Shown in pieces: positions 48,820 to 60,201 of a DNA stretch of 64,000 nt (positions are counted from its first letter, which is position 1; each line of letters begins with the position of its first letter). The notes under the pieces are model-generated. The model saw only the letters and a program-made list of their open reading frames with translations. It had not been told where the DNA came from and ran no database searches. Made by a program: the position numbers and the translations under genes. Source of the DNA: Gammaproteobacteria bacterium (GTDB lineage Bacteria > Pseudomonadota > Gammaproteobacteria > Eutrophobiales > Eutrophobiaceae); contig CBDCDS010000003.1 of the NCBI GenBank assembly GCA_965215365.1, forward strand, positions 544,001 through 608,000, read 5' to 3'.

Positions 48820-50634
48820 ATGATTGACATAGAACTGTTTCACTTCCTGCGCCCGCACTGGTTTATTGCGCTGTTGCCGCTGGTGCTGTTGCTGTGGTTC
48901 CTGTTTTTCCGTAAGGGCGCGCAGAGCAACTGGGAAACGGTAGTCGATGAGCCGCTGTTGCCGCATATCCTGAGCAAGGGCGCCTCCGGGCCGCGGCGCG
49001 CGGCGCTCCTGCTCAGCGCCGGCGCCGGACTGCTGGGCATTCTGGCGCTGGCGGGTCCGGTCTGGGAGAAACTGCCACAACCTGTATTCACTACGCAGGA
49101 GGCTTTGGTAATCGCCCTGGATCTTACTCGTTCCATGGACGCCAACGACATCTCGCCCAGCCGGCTGCAGCGGGCGCGTTACAAGATCAGCGACCTCCTA
49201 GAGCAACGCCAGGAAGGACAGACTGCACTGCTGGTATATGCCGGGGACGCATTTACCGTAACTCCGTTGACCGATGACGTCGAGACCATCAGAGCGCAGT
49301 TGAACGCGCTGGATACCGGTATCATGCCGGCGACCGGCAATCGTACCGACAAGGCCATTACTCTGGCACTGGACCTGCTCAGGCAAGGCGGGATGGAGCA
49401 TGGTCAGGTTCTGTTGATCACCGATGAAGTGAACCCGGATCTTGCCGGCGCCAGCGTGGCGCGCTTGCGCGGCGAGGGCTACCGACTATCCGTACTGGGG
49501 GTGGGCACGCAGCATGGGGCGCCGGTACTGTTGCCGGACGGCGGTTTCCTGCAAGGCCGCGACGGCGCCATCGTGCTCCCCATTCTGGCTGAGGATGAGT
49601 TGCGCGAACTGGCTGGCGCCGGTGGCGGCATGTACGTTCGCGTGAGCAAGGATGATGCGGATGTCGAGCGCCTGAACCAGTTTTTTGCCGGCGCGCAGCC
49701 ACAAGGTGAGCAGGCCGGCGCCGAAATCAGCGCGGATGTATGGCGCGAACAAGGCCCGTGGCTGGTATTATGCCTGCTGCCCCTGGCCGCGTTGCTGTTC
49801 CGGCGCGGCTATGTGCTGGGGCTGCTGTTGTTGCCCCTGGCCGATACCGCGCAGGCCCTGGACTGGGAGAGGCTATGGCTGCGCCAGGACCAACAGGCGC
49901 AGCGGGCGATGGCTGCTCAGGATTACACGGGCGCGGCGGTACTGTTCGATGATCCGGCCTGGAAAGCCGCCGCGCAGCACCGCGCCGGGGATTATCAGGG
50001 CGCGGTTGACAGCCTAGAGCCACTGGTCGACGCGCAAAGCAGCTACAACCGGGGCAACGCGCTGGCGCGTCTGGGGCGTTACCCCGAGGCCATTGCGGCA
50101 TACCAGCACACGCTGGCTGCGCAACCCGAGCACGCCGACGCCAAATTCAATAAGGAGTTGCTGGAACAAGCTCTCAAACAGCAACAGCAGCAGCAGCAAC
50201 AGCAAGGTGAACAGGAACAGGACGCGCAGCCCGAGCAGCAACAGCCGCATGAACAAGAGGCAGGGGACGGCGGCGAACAGCACACTGAGGGCGGGCAGCA
50301 GCAGCAGGCAGAAAATGAAGCGCGGCAACAGCCCGACCAACCGCAACAGGAAGCGGCGGAGCAAAATGAAGCATCTGCGGCCGACCAGGAGCAACAACAA
50401 GAAGAACGGCGGCAACAGGGTGAACAGGCTCAGCAACAGGCCCGGCAACAGGACGCTGAGCAAGCCTTGGCCCAGGCCCAGGCCGCTGAGCAAAAGACTG
50501 CCGAACAGCAACAGGCCACCGAACAGTGGCTGCGCCGCATTCCTGACGACCCGTCCGCACTGCTGCGCAGAAAGTTCCGCTATCAATACCAGCAGCGTGA
50601 ATATGAAGAGAGTCGCGATGATCAGACCTGGTAA
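48820..50634 (+). CDS. VWA + TPR protein (BatB/BatC fusion) with Gln-rich linker
   Basis: DLTRSM, YNRGNALA, WLRRIPDDP..LLRRKF. Confidence 0.92.
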   Translation: MIDIELFHFLRPHWFIALLPLVLLLWFLFFRKGAQSNWETVVDEPLLPHILSKGASGPRRAALLLSAGAGLLGILALAGPVWEKLPQPVFTTQEALVIALDLTRSMDANDISPSRLQRARYKISDLLEQRQEGQTALLVYAGDAFTVTPLTDDVETIRAQLNALDTGIMPATGNRTDKAITLALDLLRQGGMEHGQVLLITDEVNPDLAGASVARLRGEGYRLSVLGVGTQHGAPVLLPDGGFLQGRDGAIVLPILAEDELRELAGAGGGMYVRVSKDDADVERLNQFFAGAQPQGEQAGAEISADVWREQGPWLVLCLLPLAALLFRRGYVLGLLLLPLADTAQALDWERLWLRQDQQAQRAMAAQDYTGAAVLFDDPAWKAAAQHRAGDYQGAVDSLEPLVDAQSSYNRGNALARLGRYPEAIAAYQHTLAAQPEHADAKFNKELLEQALKQQQQQQQQQGEQEQDAQPEQQQPHEQEAGDGGEQHTEGGQQQQAENEARQQPDQPQQEAAEQNEASAADQEQQQEERRQQGEQAQQQARQQDAEQALAQAQAAEQKTAEQQQATEQWLRRIPDDPSALLRRKFRYQYQQREYEESRDDQTW

Positions 50635-52447
50635 TACAAATCCGGACCATTCCGGCATGGATCGGAACGCGGTAATGCCAAGGCTGGTCGTTGCTGCGCT
50701 GCAATCCTGCGTCGGACTGCCGCTTGTGCGGGAGTGGCTCATTGCTCCCACCTTGCTGCTCATTCTGGCCGCCGCGCTGTTGTTGTTTCCCCCTCTAGGC
50801 GCCGCCGCCACCATTACCGTTTACACGGATCGCGACCCGGCCGTGTTACAGGAATCCTTCCAGTTGACCTTCGAGGCCACGGGGGATGTGGAAGGCGACC
50901 CTGATTTCTCACCGTTGGAACAGGATTTCCAAGTGCTCTCCACCAGCGCCAGTACCAGCATGAGCATCGTCAACGCGAAAATTACCAGCACCAGGCAATG
51001 GCGTCTGGCCCTGATGCCGTTGCGGGCCGGGGAGTTGCTCATCCCCGCTATCTCGTTCGGCAACGAGCAAAGCCCGCCAGCCACCCTGACGGTCACCCCG
51101 GCGCGCAGTGACGCCAGCGGGCGCGACACAATATTCCTTAACGTGCAGGCAGAGCCGCAAATCGTCCATGTTCAGCAACAGGTCATTTACACCGTCAAGC
51201 TGTATCGGGCGCTATCCACCTCCAATGAGGCCTTGTCCGAACCGGTGGTGGATCAGGGTGAGGCAATCATTGAACTGCTCGATGCAGACCGCAGCTACAA
51301 TACCTTTATCCAGGGCCAGCCTTACTCCGTGTTTGAACGGAGTTACGGCATCTATCCCCAGGTCAGTGGCGACCTGTTGATCCAACCGGTACGATTTCAG
51401 GCACAGTTATCCTCGGGAGCGCACTTCAGCCTGGACCCATTCGGCGCCGGTGCCAGCACGGTAGTGCGGCAATCGGAGCCGGTGCAGTTACAGGTCAAAC
51501 CGGTCCCTGTCGCTTACCAGGGCCAGCATTGGTTGCCCGCAACCGACGTGAAGGTCAGTGAGACATGGTCAACAGATCCGAATGGTTTGGTGTCCAACGA
51601 GCCGGTCACTCGCACCCTCACGCTAACGGTGCAGGGGTTGACGGCCAGCCAGCTGCCGGAGCTGCCGGAACTGTTTCCCGAAAGCTTCAAGCAGTACCCC
51701 GACCAGCCGGCGTTGGACAATCGCAACGGCGCCGACGGGATCACGGGCAGCAGGCAGCAGAAAAACGCCATCATCCCGGTGCAGGCTGGCGCCTATACCT
51801 TGCCGGAGGTGTCCCTGCCGTGGTGGAACACGCAGACCCAAAGCCTGGAATATGCGGTGTTGCCGGCGCGTTCGATACAGGTCACGGCTGGCGCCGTTGC
51901 TGCGTCAGGAGCAGGGCTCGAGGCGCCGGCATCAACGGCTCCGACCGGGGAGGCAGCGGGCGCGCAGCAGGCGGCGCCGCTAATAGGCGAAGCCGGCGCG
52001 CCGGTAAGCCCGGACCTTACCTTATGGCAATGGCTGACCGGCCTGCTGGCCGTGGCTTGGCTGAGCACGCTGGGTTATCTGCTGAAAACTCGCCGGTCGG
52101 CGCCTGGGCCAACCCCGCCGGCGCCGCCAGCAAAGCTTGGGCAAGCGCGCAGAAAACTTGCCCGCGCATGCCGCGACAATGACCCGGAACAGGTCAAAAC
52201 CGCCCTGTTGCAATGGGCAAGAGCGCGCCCGCAGGGGCCGCCGATCACCAGTCTCGGCGACCTGGCGCAGCACAGCAACGAGCATCTGGCTGCCGAGTTA
52301 CGCAACCTGTCGCGCTGTCTCTATGCCCGCAGCGCAGAATCCTGGCGCGGCGAACCGCTCTGGCAAGCGTTTTTGCAGGAAGAGCAAGCATCCGCCGTCG
52401 CAGCTACCCCGGCGCACGGGGAACTGGAACCGCTATACCGTTTGTAA
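50618..52447 (+). CDS. batD: BatD family protein (start uncertain)
   Basis: PDFSPLEQDF.V, WLPA, LPWWNT, TM then LEPLY. Confidence 0.88.
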   Translation: MIRPGNTNPDHSGMDRNAVMPRLVVAALQSCVGLPLVREWLIAPTLLLILAAALLLFPPLGAAATITVYTDRDPAVLQESFQLTFEATGDVEGDPDFSPLEQDFQVLSTSASTSMSIVNAKITSTRQWRLALMPLRAGELLIPAISFGNEQSPPATLTVTPARSDASGRDTIFLNVQAEPQIVHVQQQVIYTVKLYRALSTSNEALSEPVVDQGEAIIELLDADRSYNTFIQGQPYSVFERSYGIYPQVSGDLLIQPVRFQAQLSSGAHFSLDPFGAGASTVVRQSEPVQLQVKPVPVAYQGQHWLPATDVKVSETWSTDPNGLVSNEPVTRTLTLTVQGLTASQLPELPELFPESFKQYPDQPALDNRNGADGITGSRQQKNAIIPVQAGAYTLPEVSLPWWNTQTQSLEYAVLPARSIQVTAGAVAASGAGLEAPASTAPTGEAAGAQQAAPLIGEAGAPVSPDLTLWQWLTGLLAVAWLSTLGYLLKTRRSAPGPTPPAPPAKLGQARRKLARACRDNDPEQVKTALLQWARARPQGPPITSLGDLAQHSNEHLAAELRNLSRCLYARSAESWRGEPLWQAFLQEEQASAVAATPAHGELEPLYRL

Positions 52448-52585
52448 CGAGCCCTACAATAATATGCGGGCTAACGTAATTGAAGTTTTTCATGCTTGCC
52501 CAACAAGACGGTGAAGCATTATATATTGGAAAATTTTTCGTGTTTATCCCCCCTTGACACAACAAACATAAGCACTATCATTTTA

Positions 52586-52717
52586 GCCCGAATATCTCAC
52601 CAAGCGAGGGCGCATCAAGCGCAGTGGGTTATGCGGAAAGAGCAGCAGCATTACCATAACTTATTGAGAGAAATCATGTTTCACAAGGCAACAAGCGACT
52701 TGGTGAGATCTGCGGGT
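52586..52717 (+). mobile_element. MITE family B copy with both TIRs, TA flanks
   Basis: TA-GCCCGAATATCTCACC...GGTGAGATCTGCGGGT-TA. Confidence 0.88.
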
Positions 52718-52754
52718 TAGCATGGGGAAGCGCAAAAGGCTGGCCGGGGAAATT

Positions 52755-53876
52755 ATGAGTTTTCCATCTATTGATGCGCTACAGCGTGCATTGGCCGATC
52801 GGGTATTCGGCTATGCCAGTGATCGAAAAAAGGCAGCTGGTCGCGCATTGGGGACGCTGGTTGAAATTATCACGTTCTATACCTTGCGCACCTGGGGTTT
52901 ATCAAGTCATATCTGCATTGAGCGCCGCGTGCCGGAGTTTGCAAATCCCGATATTGTCCACAATGTCGAGTTTTCTTTGCACCGCATCAACGGCCGATAT
53001 AACTTGCACATCCCATCACTGCAACTTCCCTTGACAACAGCGAAGCTGAAACGCGATCTGCCGTTGCTCAATAAGTACGACTGCAAAACCAATACCATCC
53101 TTACCCGTGACCTGTTAAAGCGGAATTGTGCTGTACTGGCAGAAAGTGAAACGGAGATCATTATTGCCAATATAGATACACTGGACCAGGCAGCATGTGA
53201 CGTTGCGGTCTGTGCGCTTGAGATACATCCCTTTGCTATTTTCGAATGTAAACGGGTTGGTGTTGAAGAGGGAATGAAGAAAGGCCCACAAACCATTGAG
53301 AAGGCGAAGCAAGGAGCTTATGTAGCGCGTACAGTGTCGTCATTGCAGAAGATCCGACTTCGTAATGGGGAACTGCAAGGGGTCATCGAAAAATCAGACG
53401 GAAAACTTGAAGCGGGCCCGTATGCGGACATGCTGCATACGGTTATCAATACGGCATCTGTCCATGATTATCCGGGCTTTACCCTGACTGTCGGTATCGT
53501 CAGCAATCACGGAAACTGGTTTACCTCTGACAATCCTAACAAGGAAATGAGCGTACTTGCCCAGTCCTATGACTGGTTGCTGTTCCTGACGGATGAAGGA
53601 TTGTCACTATTTATTGAAAGTGTCATTCTCAATCCCTTGCCGGAACTTAAACCGATAAGTAACGCGTTCCATAGCAGTTATTCAGGAAAGCGGGGTACAA
53701 ACCGATTTACAAAAGTGCGCATGGATGCAGAAGCAGAGCACGCATTGCAAGACTACTTTGCAGATGAGGCAGGGAGTATTGAATCATGGTTTAATATCAT
53801 CGCACCCCGCAAGGGGACAATCAGCATCCTGCGCCATGATCTGAGAACCCTTGCCGACAAAAGGGCATCAACATGA
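52755..53876 (+). CDS. Putative Type II restriction endonuclease
   Basis: FECKRVG (ExK) motif, lower GC, ATGA-coupled to a methyltransferase. Confidence 0.65.
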   Translation: MSFPSIDALQRALADRVFGYASDRKKAAGRALGTLVEIITFYTLRTWGLSSHICIERRVPEFANPDIVHNVEFSLHRINGRYNLHIPSLQLPLTTAKLKRDLPLLNKYDCKTNTILTRDLLKRNCAVLAESETEIIIANIDTLDQAACDVAVCALEIHPFAIFECKRVGVEEGMKKGPQTIEKAKQGAYVARTVSSLQKIRLRNGELQGVIEKSDGKLEAGPYADMLHTVINTASVHDYPGFTLTVGIVSNHGNWFTSDNPNKEMSVLAQSYDWLLFLTDEGLSLFIESVILNPLPELKPISNAFHSSYSGKRGTNRFTKVRMDAEAEHALQDYFADEAGSIESWFNIIAPRKGTISILRHDLRTLADKRAST

Positions 53877-54472
53877 CCGCCGGCAGGACTAATTCAGAAG
53901 CACTGAGTCAACATTGGTGTACGCCGCCGAAGTATGTTGATGCGATACGCGAGTTTTTCGGCGGGTCCATTGCGCTTGATCCATGTTCTAATGAATATTC
54001 CATCGTCCAGGCCGACACGGAATATACCCTGCCTGACTGCAATGGCCTGTATGATACGTGGGACTTCCCGACTATTTTCGTCAACCCGCCTTATGGCAGG
54101 GACAAGAATAGAAACACGTCTATTAAAAACTGGTTGCACAGATGCGCGCAGGCATACACACAACACGGAGCGGAAGTTCTCGCGCTCGTGCCTGTTGCAA
54201 CAAATACGCGGCACTGGAAGGATTATGTGTTTGCCGAAGCTGCGGCAGTGGCTTTCCTGTACGACACGCGTCTTCGATTCATGGAAAACGGGAACTGTGG
54301 TGGCAAGGGCGCGCCTATGTCATGCGCGATGATTTACTGGGGAAACGAATATAATCGCTTTGAAAGCATATTTATTCGATTCGGGGCCGTAGTGCGCCTC
54401 AGCCACTTGCAGGGGAAGCTGGTTGGAACACATGAACATACGCAAGTCGCAACACTTGATCTGGGGATATAA
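53873..54472 (+). CDS. DNA N6-adenine methyltransferase (phage Dam-like)
   Basis: WCTP, LDPC, FVNPPYG, VPVATNTRHW. Confidence 0.88.
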   Translation: MTAGRTNSEALSQHWCTPPKYVDAIREFFGGSIALDPCSNEYSIVQADTEYTLPDCNGLYDTWDFPTIFVNPPYGRDKNRNTSIKNWLHRCAQAYTQHGAEVLALVPVATNTRHWKDYVFAEAAAVAFLYDTRLRFMENGNCGGKGAPMSCAMIYWGNEYNRFESIFIRFGAVVRLSHLQGKLVGTHEHTQVATLDLGI

Positions 54473-54552
54473 CGCCATGAGTAAACAGGCCATTCCAGTG
54501 CACACGCCTGACAGTCCGACAATGTAGAAGGGGGACTATTGCCCAAAAATCT

Positions 54553-55353
54553 TCACAGCTTGACAAACTTCATCGTCATCCGGTCGCTTTCACCTATTTC
54601 GGTGTACTTAGCTCGGTCCTGATCACCCAGGCGGTACGAGGGCGGCAAGCTCCAGACGCCTTCCTGGTAGTCTTTGGTATCCTTGGGGTTGGCGTTGAGC
54701 TCGGACTTATCGACCAGCTCGAAGCCGGCGTCTTCCAATAACCGGATCAGGTAAGCCTCTGGCACATAGCCCTGTTCGGCGCTGGCCTTGACGTCGCTGC
54801 CAGCGGCCGCACGGTGCTGCACCACACCTAAGATACCGCCGGGCTTCAACACCCGGTAAATGGCCTGATAGACCTCCTCAATACCACCGAAGCGTATCCA
54901 GTTGTGGGTGTTGCGGAACGTCAGCGCCATGTCGAAACTTTCATCTTCAAAATCATCCAGGTAGCCTTCGCCCTGGAACAGTCCCACTGCCACCTTGCCA
55001 TAAACTTCCGGCGCCGCGTCGAATTTTTCCATCAGCTTGAGATGGATGCCGCGCAGGTACTCAGCCGGGTGCTCAGCGCCGAAGCTGGCCACTGCCAGCA
55101 GGCCGTCATCTTTCAGGTACGGCGCCAGTATCTCCGTGTACCAGCCGCCGCCGGGGAGAATTTCCAGCACTTGCAGGTCGGGCCTGATGCCGAAGAACGA
55201 CAAGGTTTCCTGCGGATGACGGTAACCGTCCCGGGCCACGTTCTGCGCCTCCCGCTGCGCCCCGGAAACAGCCGCCGCCAACGGGTCCGGACCATTGTCG
55301 GCACAGCCTGAGGTGGCTACTGTGAGCAACAGGACACAGAGTAGTTTACGCAT
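54553..55353 (-). CDS. Exported class I SAM-dependent methyltransferase (possible lipoprotein)
   Basis: TSGC lipobox-like, YRHP.ETL.FFG, PGGGWYT, TFRNTHNW, IGESDRM. Confidence 0.88.
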   Translation of the reverse strand: MRKLLCVLLLTVATSGCADNGPDPLAAAVSGAQREAQNVARDGYRHPQETLSFFGIRPDLQVLEILPGGGWYTEILAPYLKDDGLLAVASFGAEHPAEYLRGIHLKLMEKFDAAPEVYGKVAVGLFQGEGYLDDFEDESFDMALTFRNTHNWIRFGGIEEVYQAIYRVLKPGGILGVVQHRAAAGSDVKASAEQGYVPEAYLIRLLEDAGFELVDKSELNANPKDTKDYQEGVWSLPPSYRLGDQDRAKYTEIGESDRMTMKFVKL

Positions 55354-55382
55354 GATTTTTTCTCCTGTAAGTGGTCTGCTGC

Positions 55383-55712
55383 TCATATTTTCGGCAGTTG
55401 AAACTTTGCCGGAGCAGCCCATCGGTAAGTTATCAGGTCAATTATACCATCTGTCGAGAAAACGATACCCTCGGCTTCCAGCAGCATCCGTTGCAGATGA
55501 TGCCCCTCAGAGCCAACGCGCAAGCTGATTCGTCCCTGACTGTTGATAATCCTGTGCCAGGGTGTATCGTCGCCATCCCGCAGTGCCGCCATCGCATAGC
55601 CCACCTGCCTGGCCGAACATGCGCCTGCCAGCTTGGCTATCTGGCCGTAAGTGGCGACTTTTCCCGCCGGTACGCGGCGCACCCAATCATAGATTTTAGT
55701 GTAACGGGTCAC
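55383..55712 (-). CDS. Alkyltransferase-like protein (ATL/YbaZ)
   Basis: GKVATYGQIA, PWHR (Trp in place of the catalytic Cys). Confidence 0.9.
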   Translation of the reverse strand: MTRYTKIYDWVRRVPAGKVATYGQIAKLAGACSARQVGYAMAALRDGDDTPWHRIINSQGRISLRVGSEGHHLQRMLLEAEGIVFSTDGIIDLITYRWAAPAKFQLPKI

Positions 55713-55784
55713 TGTTTAATTGACAATCCTCCCGGATAGGATTACTGTGCCGAGGTCAAACGTTAACTTAAGGAGTGATTTATC

Positions 55785-55853
55785 ATGAGCCCGGAATTAA
55801 TTGGAATCATCACCGTGGGGGTATCGTTGGGAGGATTTTCGGGAAAAACCTGA
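55785..55853 (+). pseudogene. Truncated MSPELI-type small protein
   Basis: AAGGAG RBS; MSPELIGIITVGVSLGG then a stop. Confidence 0.55.
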
Positions 55854-57296
55854 CTAACCGTCGCGCACTGTCTGCGCGGTGGCCTTAATCAGCCGCCATG
55901 CCTGTTCCACATGTTCGAGTTCGGTGTGGGACTGGCCGATGCAAAGGCGTAGTACGAAGCGGTTGTTGAGTTTGGTGTGGGTCAGGAAAATTTTGCCGCT
56001 GCCGTTCAGTTCATCCATAAGCCGCTTGTTCAACTCGTCGCCGCCCCGGTGGCGGAAACAAATCAGGTTGAACGGTGCCGGCGCCACCATCTCGAAATTG
56101 TCATCGGCGGTAATCCATTCAGCCAACAGCCGCGTCAGCTCGATGTGCCGACGGATATGGTATTGCAAGCCTTCGACGCCGTAGTAGCGTAGCACGAACC
56201 AGAGTTTAAGCGCCCGAAACCGGCGTCCTAATGGCACCTGCCAGTCGCGGTAGTCAAACACGGCGCCGCTCTGCGTGGCCTCGTTCAGCAGATATTCCGG
56301 CAGGATCGACAAGGCATTGAGCAGCGCCGTGCGGTCAGCCACCCAGAAGCAGGAGCAGTCGAAATTGGTGAACATCCATTTATGCGGGTTGAAACAATAG
56401 CTGTCGCTGTACTCAATGCCGTCATGCAGGTAGCGGTATTCAGGGCATAACACCGCGGTGCCGGACATGGCTGCGTCCACATGGAACCACAGTCCTTCCT
56501 CGTTGCAAAGCCGGCCGATGGCGGCGATGGGGTCGAGCGCATTGGATGAGGTTGTACCCAGGGTGGCGCACACAAAGATGGGCCGCAACCCTGCGGCTTT
56601 GTCGGTCTTGATTTGCGCCGCCAGCCGGTCTGCATCTAGGGCAAAGTTCTCATCCGTCGCAATCTGGCGCAGGTTAGCGCGCCCCAGGCCGGCGATGCCC
56701 ATGGCTTTTTCCAGCGAGGAATGGGTCTGGGTGGAACAGTAAGCCACCTGCCTGCCGTCGCAACCTTCCCGGTTGCTGCGCTGGCTGGAGTCCCGCTCGC
56801 GCGCCGCCAGCAGCGCGCACAGGACGGCGCTGGAAGCGGTATCCTGGAGCACGCCGCCGCCGCTGGCCGTGGACCGGTATTTGTCCGGCAATGCCAGCAG
56901 GTCTGCCAGCCAGTCCATGACCCGGGTTTCGACCTCAGTGCAGGCCGGGCTGGTGGACCACAACATACCCTGCACCCCCAGGCCCGAAGACAATAGGTCG
57001 CCCAGTATCGCCGGGCCTGAAGTATTGGCCGGGAAATACGCGTGAAAGTGGGGCGATTGCCAGTGGGTGATGCCGGGCAGGATTTTCTGTTCAACATCCG
57101 CAACGATAGCCGTAAAATCCTCCCCCTGTGACGGTACCGCGGCCGGCAGGGAGGCCGCTATCTCCCCGGGTTTAACCTGTGACTGCACCGGATACTGCGC
57201 CACGTTTTCGTAATAATCGGCGATCCGGTCGATCATCTCCTTGCCATGCCGACGGAAATCTTCCATCGACATGTGATAGTTTTTTAATTCAGACAT
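55854..57296 (-). CDS. Aromatic L-amino acid decarboxylase family (group II PLP)
   Basis: PGITHWQSP, SPACTE, HVDAA, NPHKW, PLGRRFRALKLWF. Confidence 0.95.
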   Translation of the reverse strand: MSELKNYHMSMEDFRRHGKEMIDRIADYYENVAQYPVQSQVKPGEIAASLPAAVPSQGEDFTAIVADVEQKILPGITHWQSPHFHAYFPANTSGPAILGDLLSSGLGVQGMLWSTSPACTEVETRVMDWLADLLALPDKYRSTASGGGVLQDTASSAVLCALLAARERDSSQRSNREGCDGRQVAYCSTQTHSSLEKAMGIAGLGRANLRQIATDENFALDADRLAAQIKTDKAAGLRPIFVCATLGTTSSNALDPIAAIGRLCNEEGLWFHVDAAMSGTAVLCPEYRYLHDGIEYSDSYCFNPHKWMFTNFDCSCFWVADRTALLNALSILPEYLLNEATQSGAVFDYRDWQVPLGRRFRALKLWFVLRYYGVEGLQYHIRRHIELTRLLAEWITADDNFEMVAPAPFNLICFRHRGGDELNKRLMDELNGSGKIFLTHTKLNNRFVLRLCIGQSHTELEHVEQAWRLIKATAQTVRDG

Positions 57297-57314
57297 GGTG
57301 CCGGACTGACGACG

Positions 57315-58994
57315 TTATTCGTCCGTAACACAACCCAGCGAGGCTGACTTGACGTTGCGGATGTATTTGAACAAGGTGCCACGCGTCGCCTTGTAGGGCG
57401 GCATCACCCAGTCGGCCTTGCGTTGCGCCAGTTCTTCGTCGCTCAGATCTAGGTTTATCAGGTTGGTCTTTGCATTGATGATGACATGATCCCCGTTTTT
57501 GACTAGGGCGATGGGGCCGCCTTCCTGAGCTTCCGGCACGACATGGCCGATGATAAACCCATGGGAGCCGCCGGAGAAACGGCCATCGGTGATCATGGCG
57601 ACACTGTCGCCCAGGCCGGCGCCCATCAGGGCTGAGGTCGGGGTCAGCATTTCCGGCATACCGGGACCGCCTTTGGGTCCCTCGTAACGGATGACCACGA
57701 CATCACCTTGTTTGATTTGATCCTGCTCCAGCGCGGCCAACATCTCCTCCTCGGAGTCGAAAACCTTAGCCGGGCCGCTGAATTGCTCCCCTTCCTTGCC
57801 GGTGATCTTGGCCACGGCGCCGCCCGGTGCCAGATTGCCCTTGAGGATGCGGATGTGACCACTGCTTTTGAACGGCTTGGCCAGCGGCCTGAGCACCTCC
57901 TGCCCCTCGCTCAGCCCCGGCAGGTCGGCCAGATTTTCGGCAACGGTGCGGCCTGTGACCGTCATGCAACTACCGTCGATCATGTCGTGTTCCAGCAGGT
58001 ACTTCATCACCGCCGGCACGCCGCCCACCTGGTGCAGGTCTTCCATCACGTAACGCCCGCTGGGTCTGAGGTCTGCTAGGTACGGGGTGCGGTCGCTCAC
58101 GGCCGCAAAGTCATCGACCGTCAGCGCCACCTCGACGGCGCGGGCCATGGCGATCAGGTGCAGCACCGCGTTGGTGGAACCGCCCAGCACGGTGACCATG
58201 ACCATGGCGTTCTCAAATGCTGCGCGCGTCATGATAGCGCGTGGTTTCAAGTCCAGCTCCAACAGTTTTTTTATAGCGGCGCCAGCCTGCACGCATTCCT
58301 CCAGCTTTTGCGGGTCAACCGCGGGGGTCGAAGAACTGTAGGGCAGGGACATGCCCAGCGCCTCAATCGCCGAGGCCATGGTGTTGGCGGTGTACATGCC
58401 ACCGCAGGCGCCGGCGCCGGGGCAAGCGGCGCGCACGATGGCGCGGCGGCCCTGTTCGTTGATCCGTCCCGAGATGAACTCGCCGTAGCTCTGGAAGGCG
58501 GAGACGATGTCCACCTTGTCGCCGTTGCGGTAGCCCGGCTTGATGGTGCCGCCGTAGAGCATCAGCGCCGGGCGGTTCAGGCGCCCCATGGCCATGATGC
58601 AGCCGGGCATGTTCTTGTCGCAACCCGGGATCGAGATATTGGCGTCGTACCATTGGGCGCACATGATGGTTTCGATGGAATCTGCGATCAGGTCGCGGGA
58701 TTGCAGAGAAAAGCTCATGCCCTCGGTGCCCATGGAGATGCCGTCGCTGACACCCACGGTGTTACAGCGCATCCCGACCAAGTCCTGACCGTCCACCCCT
58801 TCCTTGACCTTGGCCGCCAAGTCCAGCAGGTGCATATTACAGGGATTGCCTTCAAACCAGACACTGGCAATACCCACCTGGGGTTTAGCCATGTCCTGGT
58901 CGGTCATGCCGGTGGCGTACAGCATGGCTTGTGACGCCCCCTGCGATTTCTCCTGTGTTATCCTTGTACTGTAACGGTTTAATGCTTTTTTCAT
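57315..58994 (-). CDS. ilvD: Dihydroxy-acid dehydratase
   Basis: [35 protein letters not shown]. Confidence 0.98.
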   Translation of the reverse strand: MKKALNRYSTRITQEKSQGASQAMLYATGMTDQDMAKPQVGIASVWFEGNPCNMHLLDLAAKVKEGVDGQDLVGMRCNTVGVSDGISMGTEGMSFSLQSRDLIADSIETIMCAQWYDANISIPGCDKNMPGCIMAMGRLNRPALMLYGGTIKPGYRNGDKVDIVSAFQSYGEFISGRINEQGRRAIVRAACPGAGACGGMYTANTMASAIEALGMSLPYSSSTPAVDPQKLEECVQAGAAIKKLLELDLKPRAIMTRAAFENAMVMVTVLGGSTNAVLHLIAMARAVEVALTVDDFAAVSDRTPYLADLRPSGRYVMEDLHQVGGVPAVMKYLLEHDMIDGSCMTVTGRTVAENLADLPGLSEGQEVLRPLAKPFKSSGHIRILKGNLAPGGAVAKITGKEGEQFSGPAKVFDSEEEMLAALEQDQIKQGDVVVIRYEGPKGGPGMPEMLTPTSALMGAGLGDSVAMITDGRFSGGSHGFIIGHVVPEAQEGGPIALVKNGDHVIINAKTNLINLDLSDEELAQRKADWVMPPYKATRGTLFKYIRNVKSASLGCVTDE

Positions 58995-59045
58995 GATCTC
59001 ATATACACTAATCTGCGTCGGCTTGCAGATAATCAAAGGCCATAC

Positions 59046-60197
59046 ATGATAACACTACCCGCCTTCAAGGAGTCATTTGCGGCGCTCATCGGGGCGCCGA
59101 CCGTGAGCAGCATTGACCCGCGCCATGATCAAAGCAACCTGCCCGTGGTGGATTTGCTGGCCAACTGGTTTGCCGACTTAGGTTTTGCTATTGAGATCAT
59201 GCCGGTTGCGGAGCGGCCGGGCAAGGTCAACCTGGTGGCCAGCCTGGGTACAGGCGGTGGCGGCCTGGTATTATCCGGACATACCGACACCGTGCCTTAC
59301 ACCGAGTCCGCCTGGCATCAGGACCCGTTCCGGCTCACGGAGAAAGACAATCGCTATTACGGCCTGGGCACCTCGGATATGAAGTGCTTTTTCCCCATCG
59401 TCATGCAGGTGTTGCAATCCTTGCAGCTGCAGCAGCCCAAACGTCCCATCATCCTGCTGGCAACCTGTGATGAGGAATGCACCATGGCCGGCGCTAGGGC
59501 ACTGGTGGCTGCCAACCGGGGCCTGGGACGCTATGCGCTCATCGGCGAACCCACCGGCTTAAAACCGATCATCATGCACAAGGGGGTGATGCTTGAGACC
59601 ATTACCCTCAAGGGACAGTCCGGACATGCCAGCAACCCGGCCCTGGGCAACAGCGCCATGGAAGGCATGTATGAGGTGATGAAGGCTTTACTGCAGTGGC
59701 GCGCGGCCATACAGGAGCAGTTCGCCAACGACCAATTCGAGGTGCCCGTGCCAACCATGAACCTGGGCATGATCCACGGTGGCGATAACCCCAACCGGAT
59801 TTGTGCCGAATGTGAACTTAAGATCGATATCAGAGTGTTGCCCGGTATGCAGGTGGATGAAGTGCGCGGCAACTTGCGCCGGGCAGTGCAGGCGGCCGTC
59901 GCCGGCAGCGGCCTTACCCTTGAGTTCGACGAGGTCCTGCCGGGGATGCCGGCCATGGAAACCGACCCCGCCAGTGAACTGGTTAAAGTCGCAGAAAAGC
60001 TGACCGGCCATGCCGCCGGAACAGTCAATTTTGGCACCGAAGGACCTTACCTGAATGCCATGGGCATGGACACCGTGGTATTGGGGCCGGGAGACATTGA
60101 GCAGGCGCATCAGGCCAACGAATACATTGAGCAGAAACGCATACGCCCCATGCAGGACCTGCTGGAAAAAATGATCGTGCATTTTTGTGCGGGTTAA
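59046..60197 (+). CDS. argE: Acetylornithine deacetylase
   Basis: [28 protein letters not shown]. Confidence 0.96.
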   Translation: MITLPAFKESFAALIGAPTVSSIDPRHDQSNLPVVDLLANWFADLGFAIEIMPVAERPGKVNLVASLGTGGGGLVLSGHTDTVPYTESAWHQDPFRLTEKDNRYYGLGTSDMKCFFPIVMQVLQSLQLQQPKRPIILLATCDEECTMAGARALVAANRGLGRYALIGEPTGLKPIIMHKGVMLETITLKGQSGHASNPALGNSAMEGMYEVMKALLQWRAAIQEQFANDQFEVPVPTMNLGMIHGGDNPNRICAECELKIDIRVLPGMQVDEVRGNLRRAVQAAVAGSGLTLEFDEVLPGMPAMETDPASELVKVAEKLTGHAAGTVNFGTEGPYLNAMGMDTVVLGPGDIEQAHQANEYIEQKRIRPMQDLLEKMIVHFCAG

Positions 60198-60201
60198 TGA
60201 T

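Noticed and set aside
50093-50617. Long N-terminal extension of BatD in the ORF track
   Set aside because: Alternate-frame read of the Gln-rich BatB/C linker
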